A stretch of DNA of 64,000 nucleotides, taken from Dehalococcoides mccartyi. Its GTDB lineage: Bacteria > Chloroflexota > Dehalococcoidia > GIF9 > DYGU01. A program made the position numbers and the translations under genes. The stretch lies in NCBI GenBank assembly GCA_020724525.1, contig DYGU01000003.1:38105-102104 (forward strand). Reading direction: 5' to 3'. Shown here piece by piece: positions 49,466 through 60,459 of the stretch. Positions within the stretch are counted from its first letter, which is position 1. Every line of letters begins with the position of its first letter. The notes beneath the pieces were generated by a model, which saw nothing but the letters and a program-made list of their open reading frames with translations, did no database searches and was not told where the DNA came from.

Positions 49466-50725
49466 ATGAATATTCTGAGAGGAGTTTTTGAATTTCTTAA
49501 GATGGGATCAGTTGCCCAGGCGAAGTGGGAGTATGAGGTTTCGACGAACATCATAAGGAATCGAAAGAAACTCCTGATCCTTATGATTTTGCTCCTGCCA
49601 ATACTATTCACGGTGGTTGCCGAAGCAGCCGACATACTTGGAGGCAAGGCTGCTTATGCCCCTCTCTCCTATTCAACGACTGTTTTTCTCGTTTCAATGG
49701 CCATAGGTCTGATAGCAGGACTTATTACAGGATGTATCGGGGCTGGTGGAGGCTTTATTATAATCCCCGCCCTGATGGCTGCCGGTGTCAGAGGTATTAT
49801 GGCAGTTGGGACAGATGTTTTCCATATATTTGCCAAAGCAATAATGGGCACTACTGTCCACAGGAAATTGGGAAATGTCTGTGTAACTTTAGCTATGGCA
49901 TTTGTCATAGGTTCTGTCGGAGGTGCCACTTTAGGTGGCTATATAAACAGGACAGTCTATGACATTGACCCAGTTCTGAGTGATGCCTTTATCAGCTTAG
50001 TCTATGCGGCAATACTCCTTTTTCTGGGCTCCTATGCCTTTTATGACTTCATTAAATTAAGAAAGGTAAGTAAGTCTGTAAGTGCCCATGATGGGGGTGA
50101 ACCTGTTCAACCGCTTACAACCACAGCCCTGGCATTAAAATTACAGGCTTTAAAGCTTTCCCCCAGAATTAAGTTTGATGAAGATTTCGTGCCTGGAGGC
50201 AGAAGACTACCCGCCCTTGTTGTAGTCATTGGTGGCTTTTTTGTCGGAGTTATTGCAGCAATAATGGGGGTCGGTGGTGGGTTTATAACCTTTCCCATGT
50301 TCGTCTATCTCTTCGGCATATCCACAATGACGACTGTAGGGACGGATATCCTCCAGATAATCTTTACTGCCGGTTATGCCTCCATATCGCAATATGCAAT
50401 CTACGGCTATGTTTTCTATACTCTGGCTATGGGATTGCTTTTAGGTTCGCTTATCGGTGTCCAAGTAGGAGCACTGACAACAGAGGTGATAAGGGGGATA
50501 GATATTAGAGGATTTTATGCTTGTTGTATCCTTGCCGGGTTTATAAACAGGGCGAGTGTGCTTCCTAAACAGTTCACAGAACTCGGCTATATAGAACTAT
50601 CAAAACCCGTGGCATCAGGTATAGAGGCTTTTGGATTCTTTGCTTTCTGGATAATACTTGCCATTTTTTGTATCTGGGTTCTCAGCAAGTTTTTTGGAAA
50701 CATTAAGGCACTAAGGGAAGAATAG
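49466..50725 (+). CDS. TSUP family (TauE/SafE-like) membrane transporter
   Basis: Two 4-TM repeats each with GAGGGFIIIP / GVGGGFITFPM motifs. 419 aa. AT-rich. Confidence 0.8.
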   Translation: MNILRGVFEFLKMGSVAQAKWEYEVSTNIIRNRKKLLILMILLLPILFTVVAEAADILGGKAAYAPLSYSTTVFLVSMAIGLIAGLITGCIGAGGGFIIIPALMAAGVRGIMAVGTDVFHIFAKAIMGTTVHRKLGNVCVTLAMAFVIGSVGGATLGGYINRTVYDIDPVLSDAFISLVYAAILLFLGSYAFYDFIKLRKVSKSVSAHDGGEPVQPLTTTALALKLQALKLSPRIKFDEDFVPGGRRLPALVVVIGGFFVGVIAAIMGVGGGFITFPMFVYLFGISTMTTVGTDILQIIFTAGYASISQYAIYGYVFYTLAMGLLLGSLIGVQVGALTTEVIRGIDIRGFYACCILAGFINRASVLPKQFTELGYIELSKPVASGIEAFGFFAFWIILAIFCIWVLSKFFGNIKALREE

Positions 50726-50727
50726 GT

Positions 50728-51441
50728 ATGATAATAAGACATAAAAAATCCTTTGTTCTAGGGATTATCCTCACCTTTTCATTCTTTATACTGTTATTTC
50801 TCATATTTTTACCTATATTTGGCGAGGGTAAAAATGGTCTCGAGTTTGCTGATGAAATGTTTAACAAACTGGCTAAAGGCTCATCCTATTTTATCCCTGA
50901 GGTTATAAAAAGTAACGAGAAGTTTATCGGTAAAACGTTTACTACCAGTATAAGGCTTGACACGCCTGAGGATGCTGAAAAAACAGCAAAATTATTTACT
51001 ATTGCTGGGGCAATGGTAGAAGTTAAGGGAGCCGAATTAAAGATAGCGGGGGACTTGGGTAAGACCCTTAATGGAGCTCTACAAGATGCCGATGTCATGT
51101 ACCATAATAAAGGGGCTGAGATTTCAGGTTTATACGGATATGATGAGAAGGCTGTAATGAAAAACTGGTGGCAAGCACTAAGCCAGATGGAAAAAACATT
51201 TGAGAAGGAAAAGATGATTGCCGAGGCTAAGATTGTATCCGATGTAAAAAAGAAGGCTATTGAGACAGCCTATAACTACTATAACATTGATGCCGTAAAG
51301 ATTAAAGATAAAATTGGTCTTACGACATTTATGCTAACATTCTATGTAGGCTATACAATTTGGTGGGGATTTGCTGTGCTTTATCTGCTGGATGGGCTGG
51401 GGCTTAGCGCGAAGAAGGCAAAGGTAAGGAAAGAGGTCTAA
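50728..51441 (+). CDS. hypothetical membrane protein (N- and C-terminal TM helices)
   Basis: 237 aa, 3 nt after the TSUP gene. No recognisable family. Confidence 0.45.
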   Translation: MIIRHKKSFVLGIILTFSFFILLFLIFLPIFGEGKNGLEFADEMFNKLAKGSSYFIPEVIKSNEKFIGKTFTTSIRLDTPEDAEKTAKLFTIAGAMVEVKGAELKIAGDLGKTLNGALQDADVMYHNKGAEISGLYGYDEKAVMKNWWQALSQMEKTFEKEKMIAEAKIVSDVKKKAIETAYNYYNIDAVKIKDKIGLTTFMLTFYVGYTIWWGFAVLYLLDGLGLSAKKAKVRKEV

Positions 51442-51892
51442 GCTTACGAGTGATTTCACTGGTTCTGTCTAAAAATGGTAGTTAAGGCTGAAGATAAAGT
51501 TGAATATATTGTGCCCGATTACGATTTCATCAAAAGATAATCCAGTCGGGGGGAGAATCCTTAAAGAAGTGCTTCCAGTATGGTAATTGCTCAGTGATTT
51601 GCTCCTTATCTCCTCAAAAAAGCCCTTCCCGAGGAAAGAAATGATATGGGCTTAGTGGGGATTGAAGGACAGGCTCTTCGAAGACCCTGATGTCTGGGTA
51701 TGCCACAATTGCTAAGAAATTATGGCATTGTATATTTTGCTCTTCCAAGCTTTTTGGCAAAATCCTTCTCCAGGTTCACATATCTGCTTTTTGCTTTAGT
51801 TACCCCCCATTTTCCTGCCTTTTTTACCAATCACTTATACTCAAGCCCAGATTGTCTTTTTTATAGTCACTGGTTTAGTATCTGTCATTGTT

Positions 51893-52408
51893 ATGACTTC
51901 ACTCCTAAGATTTTGGAAAAATATCAGCCAATTCGAGAGTAAGTCAGCTTCAACACAGATGTATTCTGGAGGTAGTGCTGAGCTTGTAACTCAGAAAGAT
52001 TTCTTAACGAGCTTTGTTTCGTCTTTGGTTGAAATATTATTACATAGCAATTTCAAAAAGTGTGGAATAAATAAAGGCAATTATTTACCGCATTTTCTCA
52101 TATTCTACGGATTTGTCGCCCTATTCGTTACCTGTTTTGGTGCTCCAATTTATTCACTAACCGGGGCAGGGTTACCGCTTCCTCTGACTAACCCACTTAA
52201 AATTCTTGGAATTATGGGGGATTTAACACTTTTCGTTGACTTGACTCTTGTTATCTACAGCCGGCTATTTAGAAAAGGTGAGACGGCTAAAGCAACTTAT
52301 TATGACTGGTTCTTTATAGCGTTGCTTTACCGAATCTTAGCCATGACCTATGTCAAGCAAATAGGAAGAGAGATAGCAACTGGAGTCTCTGTAGGAAAGG
52401 GGATATAA
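51893..52408 (+). CDS. hypothetical polytopic membrane protein, possibly a gene fragment
   Basis: 171-aa ORF with 3-4 TM helices preceded by about 450 nt of broken short ORFs. Low-confidence coding call. Confidence 0.3.
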   Translation: MTSLLRFWKNISQFESKSASTQMYSGGSAELVTQKDFLTSFVSSLVEILLHSNFKKCGINKGNYLPHFLIFYGFVALFVTCFGAPIYSLTGAGLPLPLTNPLKILGIMGDLTLFVDLTLVIYSRLFRKGETAKATYYDWFFIALLYRILAMTYVKQIGREIATGVSVGKGI

Positions 52409-52451
52409 CCAAGCTATGAAAATATTGGCTCTGGGACAGGCTCTCCCTCTC

Positions 52452-52883
52452 CTAAGTAGATACCTCTTCCTTAACTGAAACAGCTATTTTATACAAGATG
52501 GTGAGTATAAGTAACCCCAGCGCCCAGACACCAAGTGTGATCAATACCTCAGGCGCTGTTGGCACATATTCCAATATTTCACCTATAGGTGAAGGAATAA
52601 ACCCCGGCACAATCAGACCGAGCCCCTTATCTATCCATATAGAAACAAAGACTGCGGCGTAGGCTGTGGCTTCTTCTTTTATCTCAAAGCCCAGTTTTTC
52701 AATTATTCTAAAAAGCCTCTTTTCAGAAACCTCACTATTATCAAATTCTATCCAAGCTTCACCGTTTCGTTCATCAATATTACTGTCGACTACCCCCTCC
52801 AAGACATCGACTTCGGTTTCAATCAAAGCTTTATCATTTTGAGAGCAGATGCCCTCTATTTGAAATTTAATTTCTGTCAACAT
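52452..52883 (-). CDS. degenerate HMA-like domain plus 2 TM helices, possible truncated remnant of a P1B-type ATPase N-terminus
   Basis: KFQIEGICSQNDKALIETEVDVLEGVVDSNIDERNGEAWIEFDNSEVSEKRLFRIIEKLGFEI follows the HMA fold pattern but lacks the CxxC metal site (ICSQND). Two TM helices follow. 143 aa. Confidence 0.35.
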   Translation of the reverse strand: MLTEIKFQIEGICSQNDKALIETEVDVLEGVVDSNIDERNGEAWIEFDNSEVSEKRLFRIIEKLGFEIKEEATAYAAVFVSIWIDKGLGLIVPGFIPSPIGEILEYVPTAPEVLITLGVWALGLLILTILYKIAVSVKEEVST

Positions 52884-53359
52884 ACTTTTCCCTGCTTATA
52901 GTAATTACTTATGAAAAAGTTTGGTGACCTTTAAAATTTCTTCTATCATTTACTGTTTTCTTTTCTCATTCTTTGTTCCCATTGCTTTCTTAAAGCAAGG
53001 GTTAAGATGATTTTCCATTAGCATTTGATGGGCGGATTTTAAAAGTCCAATAATTGCTAAATTTTGCTGCCTGATATCAAAGCAGCATTGGTTGTCTTGG
53101 ACATTTGGATAATTTTAGCAATTAGGCTTTGGGCTTGTTAAAATTGATACGGTTTTTTCTTTTTGGGTAGACATACTTTTAAAAAATGTAGCATGTCGAA
53201 GAGCTAACATTTCCCCTAGGGATTACCCATAAAAAGAACTATCTTGTCTCTGAAAGTCCGTCAATACGGTCAGTGCCCATAGCAACTGTGGTAGGGACAC
53301 CTGTAAGATAAATCATGGCGGCACTTCTCCTGGCAGTGGTGACCTTTCTCCAAATCCAT

Positions 53360-53386
53360 TGACTTGCTTAAATAATGTTTATAATA
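53360..53386 (+). promoter_or_regulatory. candidate sigma70 promoter for pdxST (TTGACT-N15-TATAAT)
   Basis: TTGACT at 53360..53365 and TATAAT at 53381..53386 (the spacer is 15 to 17 nt depending on register), about 65 nt upstream of the pdxS ATG within a 567-nt AT-rich noncoding stretch. Confidence 0.35.
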
Positions 53387-53450
53387 GTAAAATATAAACA
53401 AAAGGGCGCGGTAGGCGCTCAATTTTAATCACGAATACTAAAGGGCACTA

Positions 53451-54335
53451 ATGATAGAGAAGGGAACCTGGAAAGTTAAAGCCGGATTAGCCCAGATGCT
53501 TAAAGGGGGGGTGATTATGGATGTAGTCACCCCGGAGCAGGCAAAAATTGCTGAAGAAGCAGGGGCTTGTGCGGTTATGGCACTGGAAAGAGTGCCCGCA
53601 GATATACGAGCCACTGGGGGGGTAGCCCGAATGGCTGACCCAGCCATAATTTTGGCAATAATGGAAGCAGTCACTATCCCGGTTATGGCTAAATGCCGCA
53701 TCGGTCATTTTGTTGAAGCTCAAGTACTGGAAGCGCTGAGGGTTGATTTTATTGACGAGTCGGAAGTGCTAACTCCGGCTGATGAAAGCCATCATGTCTG
53801 GAAACACGACTTTAAAGTCCCCTTCGTCTGTGGTTGCCGTGACCTGGGCGAAGCCTTACGCCGAATTGCTGAAGGAGCGGCTATGATTCGAACAAAAGGA
53901 GAGGCCGGCACCGGTAATATTGTTGAAGCCGTTAGACATATGCGAGCTGTTCAAGATGGTATCCGCAAACTCCAAGCTCTCCCTGTAGATGAATTAGCTG
54001 CTGAAGCTAAGGCTCTTGGTGCCCCCTTAGAATTGGTAATAGAAGTTCACAAGACAGGAAAACTGCCTGTTGTCAATTTTGCTGCTGGTGGTATAGCCAC
54101 CCCCGCCGATGCTGCTTTAATGATGCAACTGGGGGCTGATGGGGTCTTCGTCGGTTCCGGGATCTTTAAATCGGCTAACCCCGAAGTCAGGGCTAAAGCT
54201 ATTGTAAAAGCTACTACTCACTACCGCGACCCGGCTATTATTGCTGAAGTATCGAAAGCTTTAGGTGCCCCCATGCCCGGGCTGGACATAAAGACTATCC
54301 CACCACAAGAGCTATTGGCGCCTCGGGGCTGGTAA
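53451..54335 (+). CDS. pdxS: pyridoxal 5'-phosphate synthase lyase subunit
   Basis: [36 protein letters not shown]... canonical PdxS. 294 aa. Confidence 0.95.
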   Translation: MIEKGTWKVKAGLAQMLKGGVIMDVVTPEQAKIAEEAGACAVMALERVPADIRATGGVARMADPAIILAIMEAVTIPVMAKCRIGHFVEAQVLEALRVDFIDESEVLTPADESHHVWKHDFKVPFVCGCRDLGEALRRIAEGAAMIRTKGEAGTGNIVEAVRHMRAVQDGIRKLQALPVDELAAEAKALGAPLELVIEVHKTGKLPVVNFAAGGIATPADAALMMQLGADGVFVGSGIFKSANPEVRAKAIVKATTHYRDPAIIAEVSKALGAPMPGLDIKTIPPQELLAPRGW

Positions 54336-54336
54336 A

Positions 54337-54918
54337 ATGAAAATTGGTGTCCTTTCCCTCCAAGGAGGCGTCGCGGAACATATAACTATGCTCAACCGTC
54401 TCGGTGCCCAAGCCACAGAAGTGCGTTTGCCCGTAGAATTAAACGACTTGGATGGGCTGATAATCTCCGGTGGTGAGAGCACTACTATCACCCGGTTAAT
54501 GTCAGACTACAACCTCGCCGAACCTATTAAGAAACTGGCTATCCAAGGCTTTCCCATCTTCGGCACCTGTGCCGGAATGATTCTTTTGGCTAAAAGGGTG
54601 AGTGATTCCAGCCTGAGACCTTTAGGAGTCCTGGATATCGAAGTCCAGAGAAACGCCTTCGGCAGGCAGAAGGATAGTTTTGAAATTGACCTGTCTATTC
54701 CCATCCTCGGTCAGGAGAAATTCCGCGGCATCTTTATCCGAGCCCCAATAATAACCGGAGTAAATTCCGGCTTTGACGTCTTATGTCAATTAAATGAGGA
54801 CGAAAATGTAGCTGTAAGGCAAGGAAAATTGTTAGCTTGTACTTTCCATCCTGAGTTAACGGATGACTTAAGGTTCCACGACTATTTTCTTAGCCTGGTC
54901 AGGGGAAAAGTAACTTAA
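54337..54918 (+). CDS. pdxT: pyridoxal 5'-phosphate synthase glutaminase subunit
   Basis: MKIGVLSLQGGVAEH...FGTCAGMILLA (catalytic Cys)...CTFHPELT. Confidence 0.9.
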   Translation: MKIGVLSLQGGVAEHITMLNRLGAQATEVRLPVELNDLDGLIISGGESTTITRLMSDYNLAEPIKKLAIQGFPIFGTCAGMILLAKRVSDSSLRPLGVLDIEVQRNAFGRQKDSFEIDLSIPILGQEKFRGIFIRAPIITGVNSGFDVLCQLNEDENVAVRQGKLLACTFHPELTDDLRFHDYFLSLVRGKVT

Positions 54919-54921
54919 GAG

Positions 54922-56430
54922 ATGGCTTTAGAAAAGGTAATTACTGATGACCTGGATGCCCTGTTAGACATTTTACCACCCGCTATTCGTGAGTCTCTGT
55001 TTCAGCAGCCCGACCGTAGTGAATTACTGGAAGTAGTCTTGGACTTAGGTCGCCCCTGTGAAGCCCGTTTCCCCCACCAAGAACTAACCCTTTCACCCGA
55101 AGAAGTCTGTCAAACTGACATAGAATACATTACCAGCCGTGTCGGCAGCTTCGGTGGTGACAACCGTGCTGGAATTGAACGCACTCTCCACCGCATTTCG
55201 GCTATACGCAACCGCGAGGGACGAATTATCGGGGTAACCTGCCGGGTTGGCAGAGCCGTCTTCGGCACCGTAAAGATAATCCAGGACTTAGTTGAGTCAG
55301 GGAAAAGTGTTCTCCTCTTAGGAAGACCGGGGGTAGGTAAGACAACTATGCTCCGAGAAGTAGCCCGAGTCCTGGCAGACCACCTGAAGAAAAGAGTTAT
55401 TGTGGTTGATACTTCCAACGAAATTGCTGGAGATGGCGACATTCCCCATCCGGCTATAGGACATGCCCGACGGATGCAAGTGCCAGTACCTGCGATGCAA
55501 CATGCGGTGATGATTGAGGCTGTGGAAAATCACATGCCCGAGGTTATTATAATTGATGAGATTGGCACCGAGTTAGAAGCCCAGGCAGCCCGAACCATTG
55601 CTGAACGAGGCGTCCAGTTAGTTGGTACTGCCCACGGCAATACCTTAGAAAATCTGATTCTCAACCCTACCCTTTCTGACCTCGTGGGCGGCATCCAAAC
55701 AGTAACTTTGGGTGATGAAGAAGCCAGACGGCGAGGTACTCAAAAATCAATCTTAGAGCGTAAAGCCCCACCTACTTTTCAAATAGTCGTTGAAATCCAG
55801 GACTGGGATAAAGTAACCATCCATCCCAGTGTCGCCAATGCTATAGATGCTATCCTGCGCGGACAACTACCCCAGGCAGAAGTCCGCTGGATAGATAAAA
55901 GTGGTAAGATGAGAAAAGCAAAAGCCATGCCCCTTTCAGCACCAGCCACTAAAGAGATAACTTCACCAGAAAAACCACCCCGATTATATCTTTTCGGCGT
56001 CAATCGGGCTCGACTGGAGGAAGCTGCCAGGGAAAGGCAACTTCATCTGGAAATTGTTTCCAGCCTGAAGGAAGCCAGCCTGCTCCTGACGACCCGCAAT
56101 TATTACCGCCGCAAACCTCAGAAAATACGAGACGCTGAAGCTGCCGGTATACCAATTTATGTTCTCAAAAGTAACAACCCACCCCAGATAAGGCAATGCC
56201 TAAGTACCTTTTATCCTCCCCAAGCTACCCCTGCCAGTCTGGCCCTAAAAGAAACCAGAGACGCAATCACCCAGGTAGTCACCGGGAGAGATTCAGTAGA
56301 GCTTCATCCTCAAAATGCCTTTATTCGCCGTCTGCAACACCTCTTAGCTGAACGCCATAACCTTATCTCCCGCAGTCTGGGCAAGGAACCCAAAAGACGA
56401 GTGATTATTTCCAAAAAGTCTATGGATTAG
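54922..56430 (+). CDS. Ycf45-like P-loop ATPase with R3H-type nucleic-acid-binding region
   Basis: [21 protein letters not shown] Walker [10 protein letters not shown] Walker B, conserved [13 protein letters not shown], basic C-terminal extension. 502 aa. Confidence 0.65.
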   Translation: MALEKVITDDLDALLDILPPAIRESLFQQPDRSELLEVVLDLGRPCEARFPHQELTLSPEEVCQTDIEYITSRVGSFGGDNRAGIERTLHRISAIRNREGRIIGVTCRVGRAVFGTVKIIQDLVESGKSVLLLGRPGVGKTTMLREVARVLADHLKKRVIVVDTSNEIAGDGDIPHPAIGHARRMQVPVPAMQHAVMIEAVENHMPEVIIIDEIGTELEAQAARTIAERGVQLVGTAHGNTLENLILNPTLSDLVGGIQTVTLGDEEARRRGTQKSILERKAPPTFQIVVEIQDWDKVTIHPSVANAIDAILRGQLPQAEVRWIDKSGKMRKAKAMPLSAPATKEITSPEKPPRLYLFGVNRARLEEAARERQLHLEIVSSLKEASLLLTTRNYYRRKPQKIRDAEAAGIPIYVLKSNNPPQIRQCLSTFYPPQATPASLALKETRDAITQVVTGRDSVELHPQNAFIRRLQHLLAERHNLISRSLGKEPKRRVIISKKSMD

Positions 56431-56440
56431 AGAATCGCCC

Positions 56441-57082
56441 TTGAGTCTTTTTATTACTTTTGAAGGTGTTGAAGGCTGTGGCAAAAGCACTCAAGCTAAA
56501 GCTCTGGAGCAAAAGTTTCGCCGACAAGGCATTCCCGTAATCCTGGCCCATGAGCCCGGCGGCACTCCTTTAGGAATGGAAATCAGGCATATTCTCAAAA
56601 AAAGCCGCCTTAACCCTCCTTTTGCCATAACTGAGTTGCTCCTTTTCGCTGCCTCCCGTGCCCAGTTGGTAACTGGAGTAATCCGCCCTAACTTAAAGCA
56701 AGGAAAGGTAGTAATTTGTGACCGATTTGCCGACTCTACTTTAGCCTATCAAGGCTACGGGCGAGGGATAAACTTAAACACAATTGCACCCATAAATAGC
56801 CTGGCAACCAAAGGGCTGAAACCAGACCTCACCATTCTCCTTGACCTTCCGGCTGAGTCCAGTTTATCCCGGCTTGGGGATAAAAGACGTGACCGTTTTG
56901 AACAGGAGGGGCTGGATTTCCACCAACGAGTCAGAGATAGTTACCTTAAGTTGGCAGCCCAGGAGCCAAACCGATGGTTAGTAATAGAGGCTACTCTACC
57001 TAAACAAAAAATTGGTAAAATCATCTGGGAAAAAGTTAGCCAGTTATTATCGGCTAAAGGAGTAGCCTTGAAACATGCTTAA
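56441..57082 (+). CDS. tmk: thymidylate kinase
   Basis: MSLFITFEGVEGCGKSTQAKAL...DRFADSTLAYQGYGRG. Confidence 0.9.
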   Translation: MSLFITFEGVEGCGKSTQAKALEQKFRRQGIPVILAHEPGGTPLGMEIRHILKKSRLNPPFAITELLLFAASRAQLVTGVIRPNLKQGKVVICDRFADSTLAYQGYGRGINLNTIAPINSLATKGLKPDLTILLDLPAESSLSRLGDKRRDRFEQEGLDFHQRVRDSYLKLAAQEPNRWLVIEATLPKQKIGKIIWEKVSQLLSAKGVALKHA

Positions 57083-58193
57083 GGGGAAAGTAGTTGCTGC
57101 CCTGAGTGGTGGTGTTGATTCCTCCGTAGCCGCTCTCCTTCTTAAAGAAGCCGGCTACGAAGTCATCGGCATAACTATGCACCTATGGTGTGAGGAAAAA
57201 TGGGGGCCGGTGAACCAACGGCGTCCCTGTTGCTCTATGGACAGTATCCACAATGCTGAGCAAGTTTGCCATCTCCTTGGCATTCCTTTTTATGTCCTTA
57301 ACTTAGAAAAGGAATTTCAGCAATATGTGGTTGACTACTTCTGTCAGGAATATCGGCAGGGACGGACACCAAACCCCTGCATCGCCTGCAATCAATACAT
57401 AAAGTCCCACTTTTTGCTTCATCACAGCCTGGCTCTGGGGGCACAATATCTGGCTACTGGTCACTATGCCCGAATTATTTTCTCCCAAAATCGCTACCAT
57501 CTCCTTAAAGCCGGGGATGCAAACAAGGACCAGTCCTATGTGCTTTATATGTTGGGGCAAGAAGAACTAAGATATCTCCTTTTCCCCATAGGCAATTATT
57601 CTAAAGCAGAGGTCAGGCACTTAGCTCGTGACAGGGAGTTACCTGTTGCTGACAAACCGGATAGTCAAGACCTGTGTTTTATCAGTGATGATTACCGTAA
57701 TTTTCTCAATCGTTTTCACCCCTCTTTCCCCGGGGACATCGTTGATACTAAAGGCAAAGTAATAAAGAAACACCAAGGGCTATTCAGATATACCGTTGGA
57801 CAAAGATATACGGCAAAAACTCATCCCGACGAACGTCTCTATATCCTGAGAATAGATCCCATCCGAAATCAAATTACCGTGGGTAGAGAAGACGGGCTTT
57901 ACACTCAGAAACTTACCGCCCAAGGCATCAAATGGGTATCGGGAATAGCTCCTGAAGAACCTATAACTATTACCGCCAAAATCCGCTATAACTCCCCAGA
58001 AACATCGGCTATTCTTTACCCCCATCCCGATTTTGTGGAGGTAATCTTTGACCAGCCTCAACGAGCGGTTACCCCAGGGCAAGCCGTTGTCTTCTACCAA
58101 GGGGATGAGGTGCTCGGGGGCGGGACTATCTGTGACCCAGAACTACTTTTTGAGTCCAAACCGACTTACAGCCTCAACTATTGGAAGAGATAA
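57075..58193 (+). CDS. mnmA: tRNA 2-thiouridine(34) synthase
   Basis: KVVAALSGGVDSSVAA PP-loop, catalytic Cys pair, C-terminal barrel. 372 aa. Confidence 0.9.
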   Translation: MLKGKVVAALSGGVDSSVAALLLKEAGYEVIGITMHLWCEEKWGPVNQRRPCCSMDSIHNAEQVCHLLGIPFYVLNLEKEFQQYVVDYFCQEYRQGRTPNPCIACNQYIKSHFLLHHSLALGAQYLATGHYARIIFSQNRYHLLKAGDANKDQSYVLYMLGQEELRYLLFPIGNYSKAEVRHLARDRELPVADKPDSQDLCFISDDYRNFLNRFHPSFPGDIVDTKGKVIKKHQGLFRYTVGQRYTAKTHPDERLYILRIDPIRNQITVGREDGLYTQKLTAQGIKWVSGIAPEEPITITAKIRYNSPETSAILYPHPDFVEVIFDQPQRAVTPGQAVVFYQGDEVLGGGTICDPELLFESKPTYSLNYWKR

Positions 58194-58197
58194 GCCC

Positions 58198-58839
58198 ATG
58201 CCCTTACTACCTGACTTAACTGAAGAAAAACAACTCTGGTCTCAGGGATACCACCTGATAGCCGGAATTGATGAAGCTGGACGGGGGGCTTTAGCCGGCC
58301 CAGTAGTAGCTTGCGCCCTCGTCTTACCTCTTAACTTTAATCCACCTTGGTTTAGCCTTGTCCGAGACAGTAAACAGCTTTCGCCAGCCCGACGGGAATT
58401 CCTGTTCAATGCTATTCGGGATGAAACCACAGCTATCGGCATCGGTATCACCCCAACTCAGGACATTGACTCTTTAGGTATCTTGAAAGCCACTTATTTA
58501 GCTATGGAAACAGCTATTCACCAATTGCCTTTTTCCCCCCACTTCCTCCTCATTGATGGCACTTCCCTATCCAACACGACCATACCCCAAAGAAAGATAA
58601 TCCGGGGCGACAAAGTCTGCTTTTCCATCGCCTGTGCTTCTATCATTGCTAAAGTTACCCGGGACAGGATTATGGTAGAACTTCATGAAATTTACCCGAA
58701 CTACGGCTTGGCTCACCACAAAGGTTATGGCACCGAAGAGCACTTATCCCGCTTACGATACTTTGGTCCTTCCCCTATCCATCGTTTCTCTTTTACTCCC
58801 GTTAAAGACGCCAGCAGGATAGGAGCAACTCAAAGATAA
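58198..58839 (+). CDS. rnhB: ribonuclease HII
   Basis: LIAGIDEAGRGALAGPVVACAL (DEAGRG motif). ATG 58198 right after the mnmA stop. The ORF-track 58048 start overlaps mnmA and is rejected. Confidence 0.85.
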   Translation: MPLLPDLTEEKQLWSQGYHLIAGIDEAGRGALAGPVVACALVLPLNFNPPWFSLVRDSKQLSPARREFLFNAIRDETTAIGIGITPTQDIDSLGILKATYLAMETAIHQLPFSPHFLLIDGTSLSNTTIPQRKIIRGDKVCFSIACASIIAKVTRDRIMVELHEIYPNYGLAHHKGYGTEEHLSRLRYFGPSPIHRFSFTPVKDASRIGATQR

Positions 58840-59040
58840 CAATTAAAATCGACTTACTATGCGAGTGTTTTTTGTTATTGCGAGGAGCGTTAGCAACGAA
58901 GCAATTCCGATGTAAGTGTGACATTGGTTCTCCCTCACTTCGCTCGGGTCGCAATGACAGGCGAGAGTTACCAAACGCTTTGTTGAACTATTGTGCTTAT
59001 CCCCCTGACAGTTTATAATTGCCTCTGGAGATAGTCTCTA

Positions 59041-60459
59041 ATGAGAAAGAGCCAGAAAGGGAAAAGGGCTGGAGCCGGAAATATTACGGTACCTCAGGAA
59101 GCCGAAAGTCAAAGGGAGGCTATAAATAGCCTCCTCAGCCTTTTTGCTACTAAGTCATCCCGAAAGGAATATCTGGAGGCGGTGGTGGAGAGAATTGGTC
59201 TCTGGAGCGGTTGCCGCTGTGTTGGTATCCGGGTACTTGACGAGTCTGGGAATATTCCTTATGACTCCTATGTGGGCTTCAGTCAGGAGTTCTGGGAGGA
59301 AGAGAATTTCCTTACTATTACGAAGGACAAGTGCATTTGTACCCGAATAATTAGCGGGCTACCAGAACCAGAAGATGCCCCTTACCTGACCCCGGTGGGC
59401 TCTTTCCGTTGTGATAATACGAAAGAGTTCATAAGCGGGATTTCAGAAGAGGGAAGAGCTAAATATAGAGGCACTTGTCTCCGGGTGGGCTTCATCTCGC
59501 TGGCAGTCATACCCATCCGCTATCGTGAGCAGATAATTGGCTTAATACATCTGGCTGACGAAAGAGAAGGTACTGTGCCGCTGACTGTGGTGGAATTCAT
59601 CGAGTCTATGTCACCCCTTATTGGCGAAGCAATGAACCGGTTTAACTTAGAGGAAGAACTCCAGCGAGACTACCAGATTCAAACCGTCATCAGCAAATTG
59701 GTAACCATTTCCCTGGAGAAGATTCCGCTGGAGGAAATACTGGAGCGCGCCATTGACATTGTCTTTTCTGTAGAGTGGATTGCCTTTCAGGGGAAAGGGG
59801 GTATTTCACTGGTAGAAGCTGAGCCGGAGGTGCTGGTGTTAAAAGTCCAGCGAGGGCTTGCCCCACAAATACAGGAGGTGTGCGCCCGGGTTCCTTTTGG
59901 CAGATGCCTTTGTGGTCGAGCAGCGTTGAAAAGGGAAATAGAGTTCGCTGACCATGTTGGTGAACTCTATGAAACTCGATATGAAGGTATCATACCTCAC
60001 GGTCATTACTGCGTTCCTATCCTGTCAACAGGCAAGGTACTGGGGGTGCTTAACCTATACCTTAAAGAAGGGCACCGCCGCTATGAAAGAGAGGAAGCAT
60101 TTCTACAGGTGGTAGCCAACACCCTGGCGGGAGTTATTGAGCGAAAGCTGGCAGAGAAAGAACTTGAGAAGACCCTTAATAAGTTGCAAAGAGCTGTGAA
60201 GGGGAGCATTCAGACTGCAGCATCTATGGTAGAAGTAAGAGACCCGTACACAGCCGGGCATCAGCGGCGGGTAACCAGCCTGGCTTGTGCTATGGCTCGG
60301 GAGATGGGGCTTCCCAAAGAGCGAATTGAAGCCCTTCGGATGGCGGGGGCTATTCATGATATCGGTAAAATATACATACCAGCCGAAATTCTGAGTAAGC
60401 CCGGCAGGATAACGGAAATTGAGTTCAGTGTCATCAAAACTCATCCCCAGGTTACTTAA
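59041..60459 (+). CDS. GAF-GAF-HD-GYP phosphodiesterase, upstream portion (frameshift splits the HD-GYP domain)
   Basis: Two GAF domains then HD start HQRRVTSLACAMAREMGL...GAIHDIGKIYIP...IKTHPQVT-stop. Confidence 0.7.
   Translation: MRKSQKGKRAGAGNITVPQEAESQREAINSLLSLFATKSSRKEYLEAVVERIGLWSGCRCVGIRVLDESGNIPYDSYVGFSQEFWEEENFLTITKDKCICTRIISGLPEPEDAPYLTPVGSFRCDNTKEFISGISEEGRAKYRGTCLRVGFISLAVIPIRYREQIIGLIHLADEREGTVPLTVVEFIESMSPLIGEAMNRFNLEEELQRDYQIQTVISKLVTISLEKIPLEEILERAIDIVFSVEWIAFQGKGGISLVEAEPEVLVLKVQRGLAPQIQEVCARVPFGRCLCGRAALKREIEFADHVGELYETRYEGIIPHGHYCVPILSTGKVLGVLNLYLKEGHRRYEREEAFLQVVANTLAGVIERKLAEKELEKTLNKLQRAVKGSIQTAASMVEVRDPYTAGHQRRVTSLACAMAREMGLPKERIEALRMAGAIHDIGKIYIPAEILSKPGRITEIEFSVIKTHPQVT

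Noticed and set aside
58048-58197. Upstream extension of rnhB overlapping mnmA
   Set aside because: Overlaps the mnmA C-terminus in another frame. ATG 58198 directly follows the mnmA stop and gives the canonical RNase HII N-terminus.
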